Source: Hydrolagus affinis (Eukaryota). From it: DNA of 64,000 bases. The translations under genes and the position numbers were made by a program. The notes beneath the pieces are model-generated. The model searched no databases, had not been told where the DNA came from, and saw only the letters and a list, made by a program, of their open reading frames with translations. Numbering within the stretch: position 1 is the first letter of the stretch; each line of letters starts with the position of its first letter. Positions 51,650-64,000 of the stretch are shown in pieces. The DNA is taken from positions 1 to 64,000 of the forward strand of contig JAAILG010001203.1 in the NCBI GenBank assembly GCA_012026655.1, read 5' to 3'.

Positions 51650-52829
51650 TACTATATCCAGTGACAGACAAAAATACTAACATAAAGGGTCTAAAATGCA
51701 TTATTCACAAACCAGACATGTTGGGTTAATTGCAACTTCTACAGTACTTTGGAAAGATCAGACAGTGAAATTCCCTGGCAATGAATCCCAAGCCTTCACT
51801 GTCTGGAAAAAGTAAATGGCTACCAGCTTTTTTCAAGACTTTGTTGCTCAGCATTCACAACTCACCACTGCCTATTTCAGAATCCAAAATTAGCCCACTG
51901 CATGTAAAATTTCACACAAGGAACCTTTCTACATATCACAAATTAAGCTCCCATGTGTCCCTTTCCCTAGAACAGATCCAATACTACTGTCAATGCATCC
52001 ATCTGTACCATATTCCATGTACCACATAGTTGTCTGATTAGAGACACCCACATGAGTTGATTGGAAACACTCCATATGGGTTTCTGATCTGTCTCGAGTT
52101 AATCTTTAAGTTTTTAATTATGTGAGTTTTATTCCCCTCCTCCTCCACACATTGTACCCAGTTGGCGAGTCATATTGGGGGAGTTTGTGAATACCTGTAC
52201 TGCCGTCTCCTTTTTTACTCAACCGGTCATGCTTCACTCGACTCAATCAGTCAAGCCCTATTCTATTTTCATCATGTTTCCATATTTATCATTTTCCAAC
52301 CAGGTCATTACAGCATAACTCACTCCCCAATCCAACATCCAACAAGAACAACAAAATTACATTTGTATAGTGCCTTTTACATCAGGAGTACATCTCAAAG
52401 CACTGAGTCTCCCAACACTCCCCAAGCCACCTTCTCGTCCTTCGCATACTCCACTCCACCACCGGAGGACAGCCACTACACCCCAAATTCTGGAACACTC
52501 TCCCTCAATCCCTCCTTTCACATAGGGAGGACATCCCAAAGCACTGAGACTTGCTCTTCACTGCCCCTTTTCAAGTCCTTTTCAAATGAAAACCTTCCTC
52601 GTCGACCTTCTGCAGCTACCTCCCCCCGTTCAAAGTCAGGCTCTGCCACTGTTGAGCACTCTGAGACGCTGCCCGGCATGGAGAGTGCTATACAAGTACA
52701 AGTTGTTGTTGTTGTCCTATAGTTGGAACCCTGAACATCTGTTGCTTTTTTCCTGTGACCAGTAGATGGGGCGAAAATCATTAACCTCACTGGCAAATAA
52801 TACAGGAAAACAAAATAGCAAGTTACAGC

Positions 52830-53056
52830 ACGCAAAGAGACCATTCTGCCCATTGTGCCTGTGCTGCCTCTGAAAGAGCTATCCATTTCCGCCCATACTC
52901 TTTGCTTTTCTCCGCGCAATTTAATATTTCTTCTCTTCAGATATTTATTCAATTTCACCTTCTAATTTAATACCGCTTTTGAGGGAGCCAGCACAAACAT
53001 GATGGACCAAATGGCATTCTTCTGTAATGTAAATCTCTGTGGTTCTATAGTTCTAA
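52830..53056. mobile_element. Two CR1-like 3' end remnants in opposite orientation
   Basis: ACCATTCTGCCCATTGTGCCTGTGC (-) and GCACAAACATGATGGACCAAATGGC...TTCTATAGTTCTA (+) resemble chondrichthyan CR1 tails. Confidence 0.55.
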
Positions 53057-53155
53057 AGGCTTGCATGATTTCTGTATCAATTACGGATCCACGTAGGACA
53101 TCCACATTCTGACAACTCTGCATAAAAAAATTCCCCTATGTTATTTTGGCAATTA

Positions 53156-53430
53156 TGCGGAGCTCCTGTAGCTCAGTGGTTAGAGCACTCGCTTACAAGC
53201 ATGAGTTCGAATCCAGGCAGATCAGGGTGAAACCTTGGGCAAGCACCCTAATAATAATCTGTCCCAAAAAGCCCACAATAATAAAAATTGGTCATCCGAA
53301 TCCAACACTGTTTGTGGGGCATTGCTGTGCGCAATTGGCTGCTGTGTTTCGCCCACAAATATACAGACAGTACACTTTACAGTATATTCTGTGAAGCTCT
53401 TTGAGACGTCGATAAGATGTGAAAAGCACT
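53156..53430 (+). mobile_element. tRNA-derived Deu-domain SINE
   Basis: TAGCTCAGTGG A-box, GTTCGAATCC B-box, Deu core. Confidence 0.87.
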
Positions 53431-53728
53431 GATCGAGCAGTGGAAATAATTTTTATCTCTTTACCTTATCAAAAACTTCATAAGGACTGGCACCACTATC
53501 TGGGCTCCTCTCAATCCCCTCTGTTCCTGAGAAAAAAGCCCTATTTCCTCACATTTAAAATAAAACACTTTTTTAAAAAATCATCTCAGAATGGCGGCAA
53601 TGCTGGCAAGGTAAACACTTATTGCCTTGCGAAAGTGGTAGAGTTGCCTTTCTTATCAAACCAGTGCCATGGCTTGCTAGGTCATTTCAAAGGACAGTAA
53701 AAACAACCAAGTAATGTGGAACTGCCAT

Positions 53729-54195
53729 TTTGGCTGCAGCCAATTGCACACAGGAGTCCCACAAACAGTCGCGGATTGAAATGACCAATTTATTATTACT
53801 TATTTCTTGAGGGAATAATAATTATTATCAGGCATGTAGAGTAAGGGAAACTTTCCCAAGATTTGGCCCTACAGGGAATCGAACCCAGAGCTCTCGCTTG
53901 TAAGGTGAGTGCTCCAACCACTGAGCTACAGGACTCCACATGTCTGTGGACTGCACATGTGCATATCCACATACATATGTTAAGACATCTATGTAGATGT
54001 CTGACACATATACAAAACCATTATCATGCTTAAGTTCAGTCTGACCATGGATGGCAGATCCAATGTCCAGTGTAATAATAATAATAATCGTTGCATTTGA
54101 TATTGCGCCTTATCACGTCATTGAGACATCTCAAAGTGCTTCAAAGAATATACTGTAAAGTGAATTGACTGAATATTTTTTGGCGAAAATATTTT
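53729..54195 (-). mobile_element. Deu-SINE pieces (head and body 53729-53940; tail 54075-54195) within an older degenerate repeat (~53590-54325)
   Basis: Reverse-complement matches to the main SINE family; the flanks resemble an older shark SINE/CR1-tail repeat. Confidence 0.7.
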
Positions 54196-55304
54196 GTGTA
54201 GACAATGTTCTTCCCTGATGGGCATTAGTAAACCAGTTGTAGTTGTATAAACTGCTGCAAGGTCAAATTACCAATTTTATTTAATTTAAATTACGCAACT
54301 GCCATAGCGAGATTTGAATCCAGGAGTTTTCTTCTCTAAGTATCTCCTCCGTGATTCTTCTGTATACCCTCTATATGGTCTAGACATCCTTCTTACTTTA
54401 ACTGAGTAATAGATATCAACATCAAAGATGCCTTATTAACTTAAGAAAACTCGCTTAACAGTGCGTGACGGGAGGGTTTATACATTAGCTGAGGCATAAT
54501 CGTATCGTGGAGCAGCGAAATGTTGTAAGAGACAGTCAGAAATACACATTAAGAGAGAAAGGATTGTGATCATTAGAATCTGCGGCAATGAATCACATGA
54601 TGCCACACTCTGTACCAAGTTTCAGATTGGAATAGTTTCAAGCATCAGCAAACTAATGCTCTTGCACAGCGACTCTCTTGCTTTGTTGCCCTTGGACTAT
54701 TCTTTGCTGAAATCAGTCTGGTTTAAGTTTGGGTCAAAGCAGATCTGCTTGGAGCTATGTTTAACTCAAGAGTGGACTGATTTTCATTAAGGGCTCTGCA
54801 CTATGGATTTGATTAACTGTGATACAAACCATTGGAAATCTTGACTGAGCAGTACATTGTGTCTTGGGGGCATGACAGCACACTGTGTATGTGTCACAGT
54901 GACACAGTCACCACTGCCGACAGACTTACAATTGGATACAGTGGGCTGGATTTACCTGCACAAGTCAACTGGAAAGTTTGTTTGGTCTCTTTCAGCACCC
55001 TTCACAGGCAACATAACTGATCCAAAGCAGACCTAGACTCCATTCAGAGCATTTGAAAATGTCAGTCTGAAAGTACATTACACGTTTTCAGGTTGGCAAC
55101 GTACACTATGTTCACTGTAGCCAAAATGCAGATAGAAATGACCAGCAGAATATTCATGGCTAGCTATATGGTAGTTGTGTCATTTTCCTCTTTGTGCATT
55201 ACATTAGGTGAATCACATCCACCCCAGAGACCCTCCAAATTGCTTGCACCCTCACCTTGTTGAACGTTTGTCTCAAAACAATGTTTTGTATTTTTTTTAA
55301 ATGC

Positions 55305-55628
55305 CATAGCTGTAGCTCAGTGGTTAGAGCACTTGCCTTACAAGTGTGAGACCTGTGTTCGAATCCAGGCGGGTCAGGATGAAACCTTGGGCAAGTTTCC
55401 TTACTTCATACGCGTAATAATAATCCCTCCCAAAAAAAACACAATATTAAAAATTGGCATTTCAATCCATGACTGTTTGTGGGACACTGCTGTGCGCAAT
55501 TGGCTGCCGCGTTTCACCCACAAATATACCGTCAATTCACTTTACAGTATATTCTGTGAAGCGCTTTGAGACATTTAGAAGACATGAAAAGCGCTATATC
55601 AAATTGAAGAATTATTATTATATATTAT
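55305..55628 (+). mobile_element. Full-length young tRNA-derived Deu-domain SINE
   Basis: Near-consensus head, Deu core GACTGTTTGTGGGACACTGCTGTGCGCAATTGGCTGCCGCG, and tail. Confidence 0.92.
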
Positions 55629-56366
55629 AAAACCTTCCTCTTTGACCACACTTTGGTCATTTTTTGATTGCCAAGCCAGGATTATTAATCACCTTGGATC
55701 ATTTTCACAACATGAAAGGAGCTATATAATTGTAAATTTGTATTGAACTATTTTTCTATACATGCAAAATATACACTAGTTATTTTATCACAAGGAACTG
55801 GATTAATATATTTAACCAGGCTCAAATATTTTTCTATAGTAACTCCTATTCCCTTTGCAGTCAAGTATGTCACTAACCAATTAATTAAATTACAGGCAAT
55901 TTTCTGTCTGCAATGATTGATGTGGTTTGCTTCTGCTTTTTCAGGAGCCCATCTGGTTTGGTCAACCACCCTGTCCTAAACTTGAACAATTATAGCATTC
56001 TCTGCAGATGTCCCATGTGTAGCTGACTGTTTCTACTGTTCTCTCCAATATCTCCTTACTTAACTGTCTCCAACACTGCACTGCACAGACTTTGATATCC
56101 TTTCCATGTCTCAAAGCTGTTTGTCAAAATATTTCTAAATCCGATTAATCCATGCTTAAACACTATACGCTTTACAAGGTGGGGTGTTGTACTGTAGTAT
56201 TGTTCATTTTGTTAAAGTTAGCATTACATACAAATATGCTGACTCCTGGGGTAATAACATAGGAATCAGTTTCACCTTTTGTGAAGAGCTACCACTTTCA
56301 GGGATAATAAAGGGGAGAAGAGGGAGCAAAGTCAGTAACCGCTGTCCGAAATAGTTCTCCTACTTC

Positions 56367-56622
56367 GTGGAGCCCAGTAGCCTTACATGCAAGAGACCTG
56401 GGTTCGATTCCAGGCAGGGCAAAACCTTGGGCAAGTTTCCTTACTCCACTCGCCTGATAATAATTCCTCAAGAAAAAAAATTTGATTATTTCAATCTATG
56501 ACTGTTTGTGGGACACTGACGACCGGCTGCCTTTCACCCACAAATATAAAGTCAATAAAGCACTTTGTGAAACGTCTAGAAGATGAGAAAAGCACCATAC
56601 TAAATGCAAGGATTATTATTAT
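56367..56622 (+). mobile_element. Deu-SINE with internal deletions
   Basis: B-box GGTTCGATTCC, partial Deu core, tail. Confidence 0.8.
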
Positions 56623-57553
56623 TACCTATTTACTTATTAAACATTTATTACCTATTATTTATTAAATGCTATATTTTTCTATCAAAGTATAAGGTAGGTG
56701 CAAGTTCAACAATAAGATATTTAGGTGGGTTGGAAGGGAGCCTAAAACTTTAATTTAATCACCTTCATCAAATCAGCCTGATGCCCACTTCATGCTTTAT
56801 CATGGTGGATACTTTAATAGAAAGTAGTACAATGCTTGAGGGAGACGCGGACTGAATGACTTGCAGTACAGTTTGAAATCTTATTAGCTGCAAGAGCTTT
56901 CAAAACAAATCCAGCAGAAAGTCACCTCATCTTCTCATTTGCAATCTCCTTGAACAGCACAATGGGGCTGTCTGGATCAGTATGATGTCTGTGCGTAATG
57001 GGCTTAGAACAGTCTCTCTATGGTATGGACTTTTACTACAGGCTCCAAAGCAGTTATAAAAGAATGCTTAAACAAGTTGCTTAATGTAAACTAGTAAATT
57101 GTTCCAAATTAATGGGATGTAACTGCTGTACAGGATAATGAGCAGGAAAAACAAAATGTTTGGGTTTAAAAGATCTATAAAGATATTGTGTGTACTCATA
57201 AATACTGTTGCAGATTCATAAACCCAGCAGCCTTCTGCCAACTGCTACTGGATATACATTAGGGTGGAACAGTTTTCCTATAAAAATTGCAGTATATTTT
57301 GAGCTGAAGTAGCTGTTTCCTGTGAATCAAATGTTGGTGCCAACCAATACAAGCCAGGACACCTCTTGTGGGCATTTACAAGTGAAGGAAAGTTCAAACT
57401 GCGAAGTTAGGATATTAGGAATAGACAATGTTTCAAGTTGATTCAACTAGACATTCAAACGTTAGCAAAAGTCTACTTCAAAATGTTTCCTAATAGTACT
57501 GGAATCTACAGAGACTAATACCGTGCCACAAACAGAACACTGCATTTCCTTAC

Positions 57554-57761
57554 CTGTCAAATAACGGCTTCTCCCCACAGTCAAAGGCCTCCTGTAACTC
57601 CTTGACCAGATTGGCCTGACCAGGTAGTCGAAAGAGACCCTCTTCCTTCAGCCCTCTCTGGCGGATGAAGTCTACACACTGCTCCACAAGCATAGGTGCC
57701 ATGCGAGTACCGTACCTACGCTCATACCGTACAGTGTCTTCCAGCTTCTGGCCAAAGATAC
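57554..57761 (-). CDS. ARHGAP24: ARHGAP24 first RhoGAP exon (G)[68 protein letters not shown](S)
   Basis: 208 nt; contains the arginine finger EGLFR; caatag / GTAAGG boundaries. Absent from the ORF track, translated by hand. Confidence 0.96.
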
Positions 57762-58848
57762 CTATTGAATCAGGAACAAAACCGGGTTACCCAACTCGCA
57801 GTAAACAATTTGTATAGCGATTATACCTGAGAAAGTAACAGATGCAGGATAGCAGTGCTTCAAAAGGTAATGTCAAATGAGCTAACCATTCCGATCCACA
57901 TGGTTAAGGCCCGCAAACAAATAGCTCTGAGGACGCCCTGAGCCAATGTTTACTGAAAGAAAAATGGGGTTTGATTTGTAAAATTTCCAAAAGGATTTGT
58001 AAATAGCAAGTCTTGCTGATTTGAAATGGATCCTCTCTGGAATGACATTTGAATACAATTTTCAATTTTGATTTAATTGAAATCAAATTTTGTTCAAAAA
58101 ATTATGGGCAAATTATGCTCCTTGTAAGGAATTTCGTCACAATGTACAAGGCTATTTACAAATCCTTTTACAAAGCTCACAAGTTAGAGCCCCTCCACCC
58201 GAGTGTTGAATAATTCCGATTTCTAAAATCTTCAGCATACAATGGGGTGGAAACAACAATTTGCAACAGGATTCAGTACTATTAACTCAAGAGTAGCCAT
58301 GAGGGAATCCTACCAAAATGTGTAACACAGCACAGATGACTTGAGGGATTTCTGCTCCGAAGTACCAAAAGCAGACATCGGCAATTCTATGAATCGATTT
58401 GACAGACTGCCAATTACCAGCAGGATTCTCCCGTTGGTGCATCCTGTTGTAAAGTGCTTCCTACTGGACCCCATGTGCCTATGTTTTTGTGTGGACACAG
58501 GTATGCCCGCAAGTGTATGTTTGACCAGCGGGCAACAATTTAGCAATTAGCACAAAAAATAAATTGCTGGTGTATTGTACCCTTTCCATAACAATATCCA
58601 TATGCTTGGCTCTCCATAGAGAACACACTTTCAACTGACCACAAAGCATCTTTTACATTGGCTGAACCATTCAACTACTACAGTGGAAGCAGCTTAAACC
58701 CATGTGTGCACACACCCACACACACACACACACCCATACACACACCGCAAAGACACACGCACTTACTATTTTATAAAGAACAGCAACACACGCAATAGAC
58801 GAAATAGACAAAACTGTGAAATCAAACAACCATCCTGCAGAAACTTAC

Positions 58849-58960
58849 CTTTTCTGAAGCTGAAGCATCGCTTAATTTTCCTGTAGGTGGTTTTAGGGAG
58901 GAAAGTGGGGTATGTTAAAGCACTGGTGGTGCAGAATATGATATTCTTATTCTCAGGCAT
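58849..58960 (-). CDS. ARHGAP24: ARHGAP24 alternative first coding exon of the PH-less short isoform: MPENKNIIFCTTSALTYPTFLPKTTYRKIKRCFSFRK(G)
   Basis: ATG in GCAATGC context; donor AG/GTAAGT; phase 1 joins exon 57761; PKTTYR.IKRCFSFRKG matches my recollection of the human short-isoform N-terminus. Confidence 0.9.
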
Positions 58961-59800
58961 TGCAGAGTGCTGAGTTCAGGCTGCACTGCGTATGGTGTCC
59001 ATATGTACTACTCTTCAAACTGGAACAGTTACTATGATTATCAAGTTAAGAGGATGGGTGGGGGGAGGGATTAAAAGACAACAGTTTACATTCAATTGGG
59101 CATTGAAGAGCTGCCTAAAAATCCCATCAGTGTCCTCAACGTAGTGGCAGATTACTTGGGGGTCGGAGGAGGAGGTGATTTAAATCTCTCAGTAAGGCAC
59201 AGCTTCAGCTCTCCAGTCTGTGTGCATCGCTCGCTGCTTACAGTAGTGAGGTGGAAAATATTCGGTCAAAGGAGAACTGACTTTCACTTGACTTGTAGCT
59301 CCCGTCACACGCAGTAGCTTTACAGCAGTCAATTAAAAATCCCTCTGGCATGTATAGGTAGAGTGCCAATCCACTAAACCCTGAGAGAGTGGATTCAGGT
59401 TTCATCCCCTGAGTGGCTGCTTTCCTTTCATGTTCGTTCCAGAGTCTTCCTGCTCTCCAGTCATTAGTCAAAGAGTGCAGACCTTTTATATCATTATAAT
59501 CTAATCGGGAAGAGAATCTCACAAGCAGACATGCATGAAAACAATCAGAGGAACTTTTCTCCTCCTCTCCCCACCATTTACCTTATTCCTTGGATTAGTG
59601 TTAACTAGCCAGTGAGCACACCTCCCAGCCCCCTTCATAATCCAGTACACAGTTAACAAACAATGTGATCACATGCAGGTAAATAATTAAAAGAGGGGGT
59701 ATTTCTTGTTTGTTATCAGAGAGGTACTGGAAATGATTGCTTATACAATACACATTTTCTTCCAGTTCCTTTATGAATGTATAGTGCTGACTGAGTGCTT
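58961..59800 (-). promoter_or_regulatory. ARHGAP24: Putative 5' UTR / internal promoter of the short ARHGAP24 isoform
   Basis: Repeat-free stretch directly upstream of the alternative ATG exon with locally retained CpGs (59160-59320). Boundaries are inferred. Confidence 0.45.
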
Positions 59801-60804
59801 CCAACACAGGCAGTGACAAGACACCTCAAGTGGTTTCTGTTGATTTAAAAATAAGCTCTTGTTGAACTGTATGAATGGAGCATTCGTAAGACAGCTCCGG
59901 TGAACTATTCAAGGCACTGGCTCATTATGAATTCCATAGTTAAACTGATGGCCCATTTATAGACCAAATTGCCACAAGCTGCAGACCCCATTGCAGCAGA
60001 TTCCGGTACAGATTTGGAGCAGCAAAGTAAACCAGGAAGTACACCAGGCTGCCTCCAGACTGAATTAAAGAGGCAGCTTTCATTGGCATATCCAAACACA
60101 GCATCACCTCAACTAGGGATTCCATCTTCAACAATGAAAGAAAATGAAAAGTATAACCAAAGAACGAGGCAACAAGGTAGCGACCATAACGGAGGCAGGG
60201 GTAATTCGCTTGGATCAGTTACCCTTTTCTCAAGTCACCCTTACTGAGCTGCTTTTCTTTCTCCTACTTACAACAAGAACAACATTGGAAGAGTGCCTTT
60301 CACCTCAGGAGGATGTCCCAAAGTGCTGAGCACTTAGGTTGTTTTTTGTTCTTTTTGGTCAGTGGAAATGACATGTGGAAATCTATTACTACGCTTATAA
60401 TAATAGCAGACCAGAATGAGCATTCCACGTATCATTGGCAGCCACATATCTAAGCTTTCCTGTGTCTGGAATGGAGTGCACACTTTTTCCTTGGAGGAAT
60501 ACACCCTGCTTACCTAATTCCAAGTAAGTATTATGCACATGGGCAAGAGCTAAGGCTTTTTAGAGTTATATTGGGTGTGTAACCAGCTAGTAGTTCATCA
60601 TTGAGAGCACTGTCTGGCAAGCTTCCTGCTGCTTTTTGGTACTGAACGTAACTGTTCAGCACCTTGTGACGTCCTCCTGACGTGAAAGGCGCTCTACAAG
60701 TGTAACTTTGTTGTTGTTGTTTTGTCCGGCTAAGACCATCCTATGAGTCAAGAGTTTGGGCTTACAGAATTAATAGAGGGCATTAGTTGTGCAACAGTTC
60801 CATT

Positions 60805-61190
60805 AGTTGACTTCAAGATCCTCACATTCATTTTTCAAATCCCTTCACTCTCTGGCACCTCTCCACCTCCCCAACCACCTGGCGCTTCCGCTTGACTGGA
60901 CTGGCCTGCTCATTATCCCTTGCACCCTCCACTCCACCACTGGAGGTCACACTTGCAGCCACTATGCCCCAAAACTCTGGAACATTCTCCCTCAATCCCT
61001 CCGCTTTGCCCCCAGTCCCCTTTTTCAAGTCCCGCCTGAAGCCTTTCCTCTTTAACCGTGCTTACGGCCGCCTCCCCGCCCTCCCGGCTCAGAGTCAGGC
61101 TCTGACATTGTTAATCGCTCTGACATTCTACCATGCATGCAGGGCGCTAACAGTGTACTTCTGTGGAGTATAAGTGCAAGTTGGTGTTGG
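60805..61190 (+). mobile_element. L2 LINE 3' fragment
   Basis: FKILT / FKSLHSLAP / YAPKLWN motifs. Confidence 0.8.
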
Positions 61191-61827
61191 AAGCACAGAG
61201 CTTGAGCAGCAGCTGCTTACATCTCCGCTTACTAATCAAGATGGTCATTTGTTTATACTCTTTCTACCCCTGTCACTTTGTCAGTTGTAACTTACAGCAA
61301 TTTTGATTCCCCTGAAGACATTCTAGCTTTAATAGTTAATCAATCCAGGAAGGAAAATGACAAACAAGATGTCCCCAAATATTCTAATTTGCAAATTATG
61401 GATTGGACAGGTCTGAGTGATAAAAGTACTAATTCTTAGACCCTACTGCTTCTAACAGACTGGATTACTCGTAATTTATAGTCCAGGAAATCTAAAATCG
61501 GCATAAAAATCTAACATACATAGTTAACATCCATCAGTGATTAATATTCAATGACCACTGGCATAATTACACAGAAGGAATTCATTCAGCACAGCTTACA
61601 GTCTAATTAAGGTTGCTACAACTGGAAAGGGGCCATTTTGCAAAGATTATGCCCCAAGGCCACATGTATTTATTGTTGTGGATTATTTAAAGCAATGTTG
61701 CAACATTGTAAGGCTGTTCAGTGCTATAGTAGTCACTCTCTGCTTTCTGAGACTGTGTACTCCACAGAGGTGTATTTTCTCACTCTAAGGCTGTGTTGTC
61801 TACAGTAGTGTATTTCTGTACTGTATC

Positions 61828-61990
61828 TGGAGTCCCATAGTGTAGTGGTTAGCTCGCTCACTCGCTTTGCAAGCGAGTGGACCTGGTTCAATTCCTTATA
61901 GAGCAAAACTTTCGGCAAGTTTCCTTAATCCAAATACCTCTGTTTACTTGGCAGTAAATTGGAACCAAGTTAGTTGACTGGTAGATTGCT
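61828..61990 (+). mobile_element. tRNA-SINE variant head with Nin-domain-like segment
   Basis: TAGTGTAGTGG / GGTTCAATTCC boxes, then CCTCTGTTTACTTGGCAGTAAATTGGAACC. Confidence 0.55.
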
Positions 61991-62149
61991 TTCCGGGGGT
62001 AATGGTTTCAGCCTTTGTGATTATCAAGTGATCTGGTCTTCTCGGATATTCCTTGTCACCAGGTTACCCTGCTTGCTAGCTGAGAGTGTGATTGCTGTGC
62101 AATTAGAAGCTTCTACATTATCAATAAATTCATGTACCCAGGTCTCCTA

Positions 62150-63270
62150 TCACCTCAACCCTCTTGGTTCTATCCTAGACTGGTTCAGATACTATCTTTC
62201 ATACTATCTCCACCACGGATTTTCCTACAACCAACCCATCACCGTCTTGTGCAGTGTTACTCAGGGCTCTCTCCTTGGTCCTCTCCTCTTCAATATCTAC
62301 ATGCTCTTTTTGGTGAAATCATCTGAAGACATGGGGCCAACTACCACATGTATGCAAATGACACTCAATTATATGTCTTTGCCTCCATCCTTGACTGTAG
62401 GACCACTGGAGAATCTGTCGGACACCAAATCCCAGATGAGAGCTAATCTTCCAGTTGGATGTCAGAAAGACCAAGACCTCCTGATTGGCTCCTGTCATTG
62501 CCTCCACACCTCAGGCGCTGACAGCATCAACCTCTATGAATGCACACTCCATCTTATGGAGTCAGTCCAGAACCTTGGTGTCTTCTTTGACCCTCAAATG
62601 CCTTTTCTACTCCACATACATGCCATGACTCACTCTGCCATCTCCCACTTCCGTAACATTGCACGGCTCTGCCACTGCCTCTAAACTCAGGCCGCTGAAA
62701 CTCTCATCCACACATTTATTACATTCAGGTTTGACTATGGCCAACTCCCTGCTTATCGGCCTCACCAATTCTTCCCTCCACAAGCTGCAGATCATCTAGA
62801 ACATTGCAGCTTGTTTCTTCTCTTGCATAATTCTATCAACCCTACCATTGCCTGGCTCAACTTGCTACCATCCCCCAGAGGATAACATTCAAAATCTTTA
62901 TCCCCATCTGCAAAACTCTCTATAGCTTTCCCATCCACCTCTCTGACCTGCTAACCGTTTATCAACCTGTCCACTCCCTCCGCTCAGCAGGCTCTGCCCT
63001 CTTCCATGTCCCCACCCAGCACGCCCTGCCATTGGCAATCGGGCCTTCAGCCACTCAGCCCCCATCTTCTGGAACTCCAATCCACATTCCCTTCACCTCG
63101 CTTACCTCTACACCACAAGACTCTCCTCCTCGACTGTGCCTTTGACCATGCTGCCACCCTGTCTGCCCTCCACCTTCCCTGATCTTAACCCCACAATGCT
63201 AGGTTCCTAATCCTTGACTGTTCAGACGTCTTCTCGATGTGAAACACGCTTCACAAATGTAATTTTGTGT
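62150..63270 (+). mobile_element. Decayed L2 LINE (RT to 3' tail)
   Basis: VTQGSLLGPLLFNIYM, NLGVFFDP, HFRNIARL motifs and degenerate tail. Confidence 0.88.
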
Positions 63271-63344
63271 TGGAAGGCAATATTAGCTACATTGTCAGAC
63301 CGTATATTCTCCATAGAGCGATTATGTTGTAATTCAACTTAACG

Positions 63345-64000
63345 TCAACAAGAGGAGGTCCTCCTGATCGGCTAGCATCAGCGCCTCCGCACCTCAGGCG
63401 CCGACAACATTAGCATTCAAGGCTGCTCTCTCCACCTCTTGAAGCCAGTCAGGAATCTGGGTGTCTTGTTTGACCCCGAAACGTCCTTCCTCCCTCATAT
63501 CTGCGCCATGACCAGTACAGCTGTTCACCACCTCCGTAACATTGCCAGACTCCGCCACTACCTCACCCCCAATGGTGCCGAAACACTCATACATGCCTTC
63601 ATTACATCTAGGCTGGATTACGGGAACTCTCTCCTCATCGGCCTTCCCAGCTACTCCCTTCACAAGTTGCAGATTATTCAGAACGCAGCTCATGTACTCT
63701 CCCGCACTAGGCCCCGCGACCACATCACTCCCACCCTCGTCCGTCTCCACTGACTCCCCATCCCCCAGAGGATCAAATTCAAGATCATCGTCCTCACTTT
63801 CAAGGCCATTCATGGCCTTGCCCCCGCCTATCTCTCCGACCTGCTGTCTCCCTATCAGCCCGCCCGTCTCCTCCGCTCAGCAGGTTCTGACCTGCTCCAC
63901 TTCAACCGCCCTAACTGTCCCACCATCGGTGGCCGGGCTTTCAGCCTCTCTGCTCCCGCACTGTGGAACTCCACCCCGCAATCCCTTCGCCTCACTTCCT
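63345..64000 (+). mobile_element. Young L2 LINE ORF2 C-terminal fragment (runs off the window)
   Basis: VRNLGVLFDP...ETLIHAFITSRLDYGNSLLIGLP...LH*LP with a single TGG>TGA lesion at 63751. Confidence 0.92.

Noticed and set aside
57755-57761. GTATCTTT on the minus strand resembling a U12 donor
   Set aside because: It is the first bases of the exon (G-I-F codons) immediately after an acceptor.

Overview
Vertebrate nuclear DNA, most likely from a cartilaginous fish and probably a chimaera. This is inferred from abundant Deu-domain tRNA-SINEs, L2 LINEs and shark-type Penelope/CR1 remnants. Two genes converge tail-to-tail, as in the human MAPK10/ARHGAP24 locus. The 3' half of MAPK10 (JNK3) is on +, with six coding exons at 2814-17938. 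ARHGAP24 (FilGAP) is on -, with seven coding exons at 58960-30532 that form a complete 658-aa PH-less short isoform from an internal first exon. MAPK10 shows three layers of isoform control directly in the sequence: a 72-nt beta-type mutually exclusive exon with a U12 minor-spliceosome donor, tandem acceptors 5 nt apart (p46/p54), and a UGA-CUAG stop-readthrough signal with a 14-codon extension. Between the genes lies a full-length, decayed 3.7-kb TTAA-flanked Kolobok-type DNA transposon with a three-exon DDE transposase and an oddly duplicated right end. Other notable items are a ~200-bp palindromic Penelope-derived insert with a hammerhead-ribozyme-like core and a 14-bp TSD, pogo/Tigger and hAT MITEs, nested and templated insertions, and two 100-N assembly gaps. 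Repeat boundaries are approximate and family names come from recall, not database searches.
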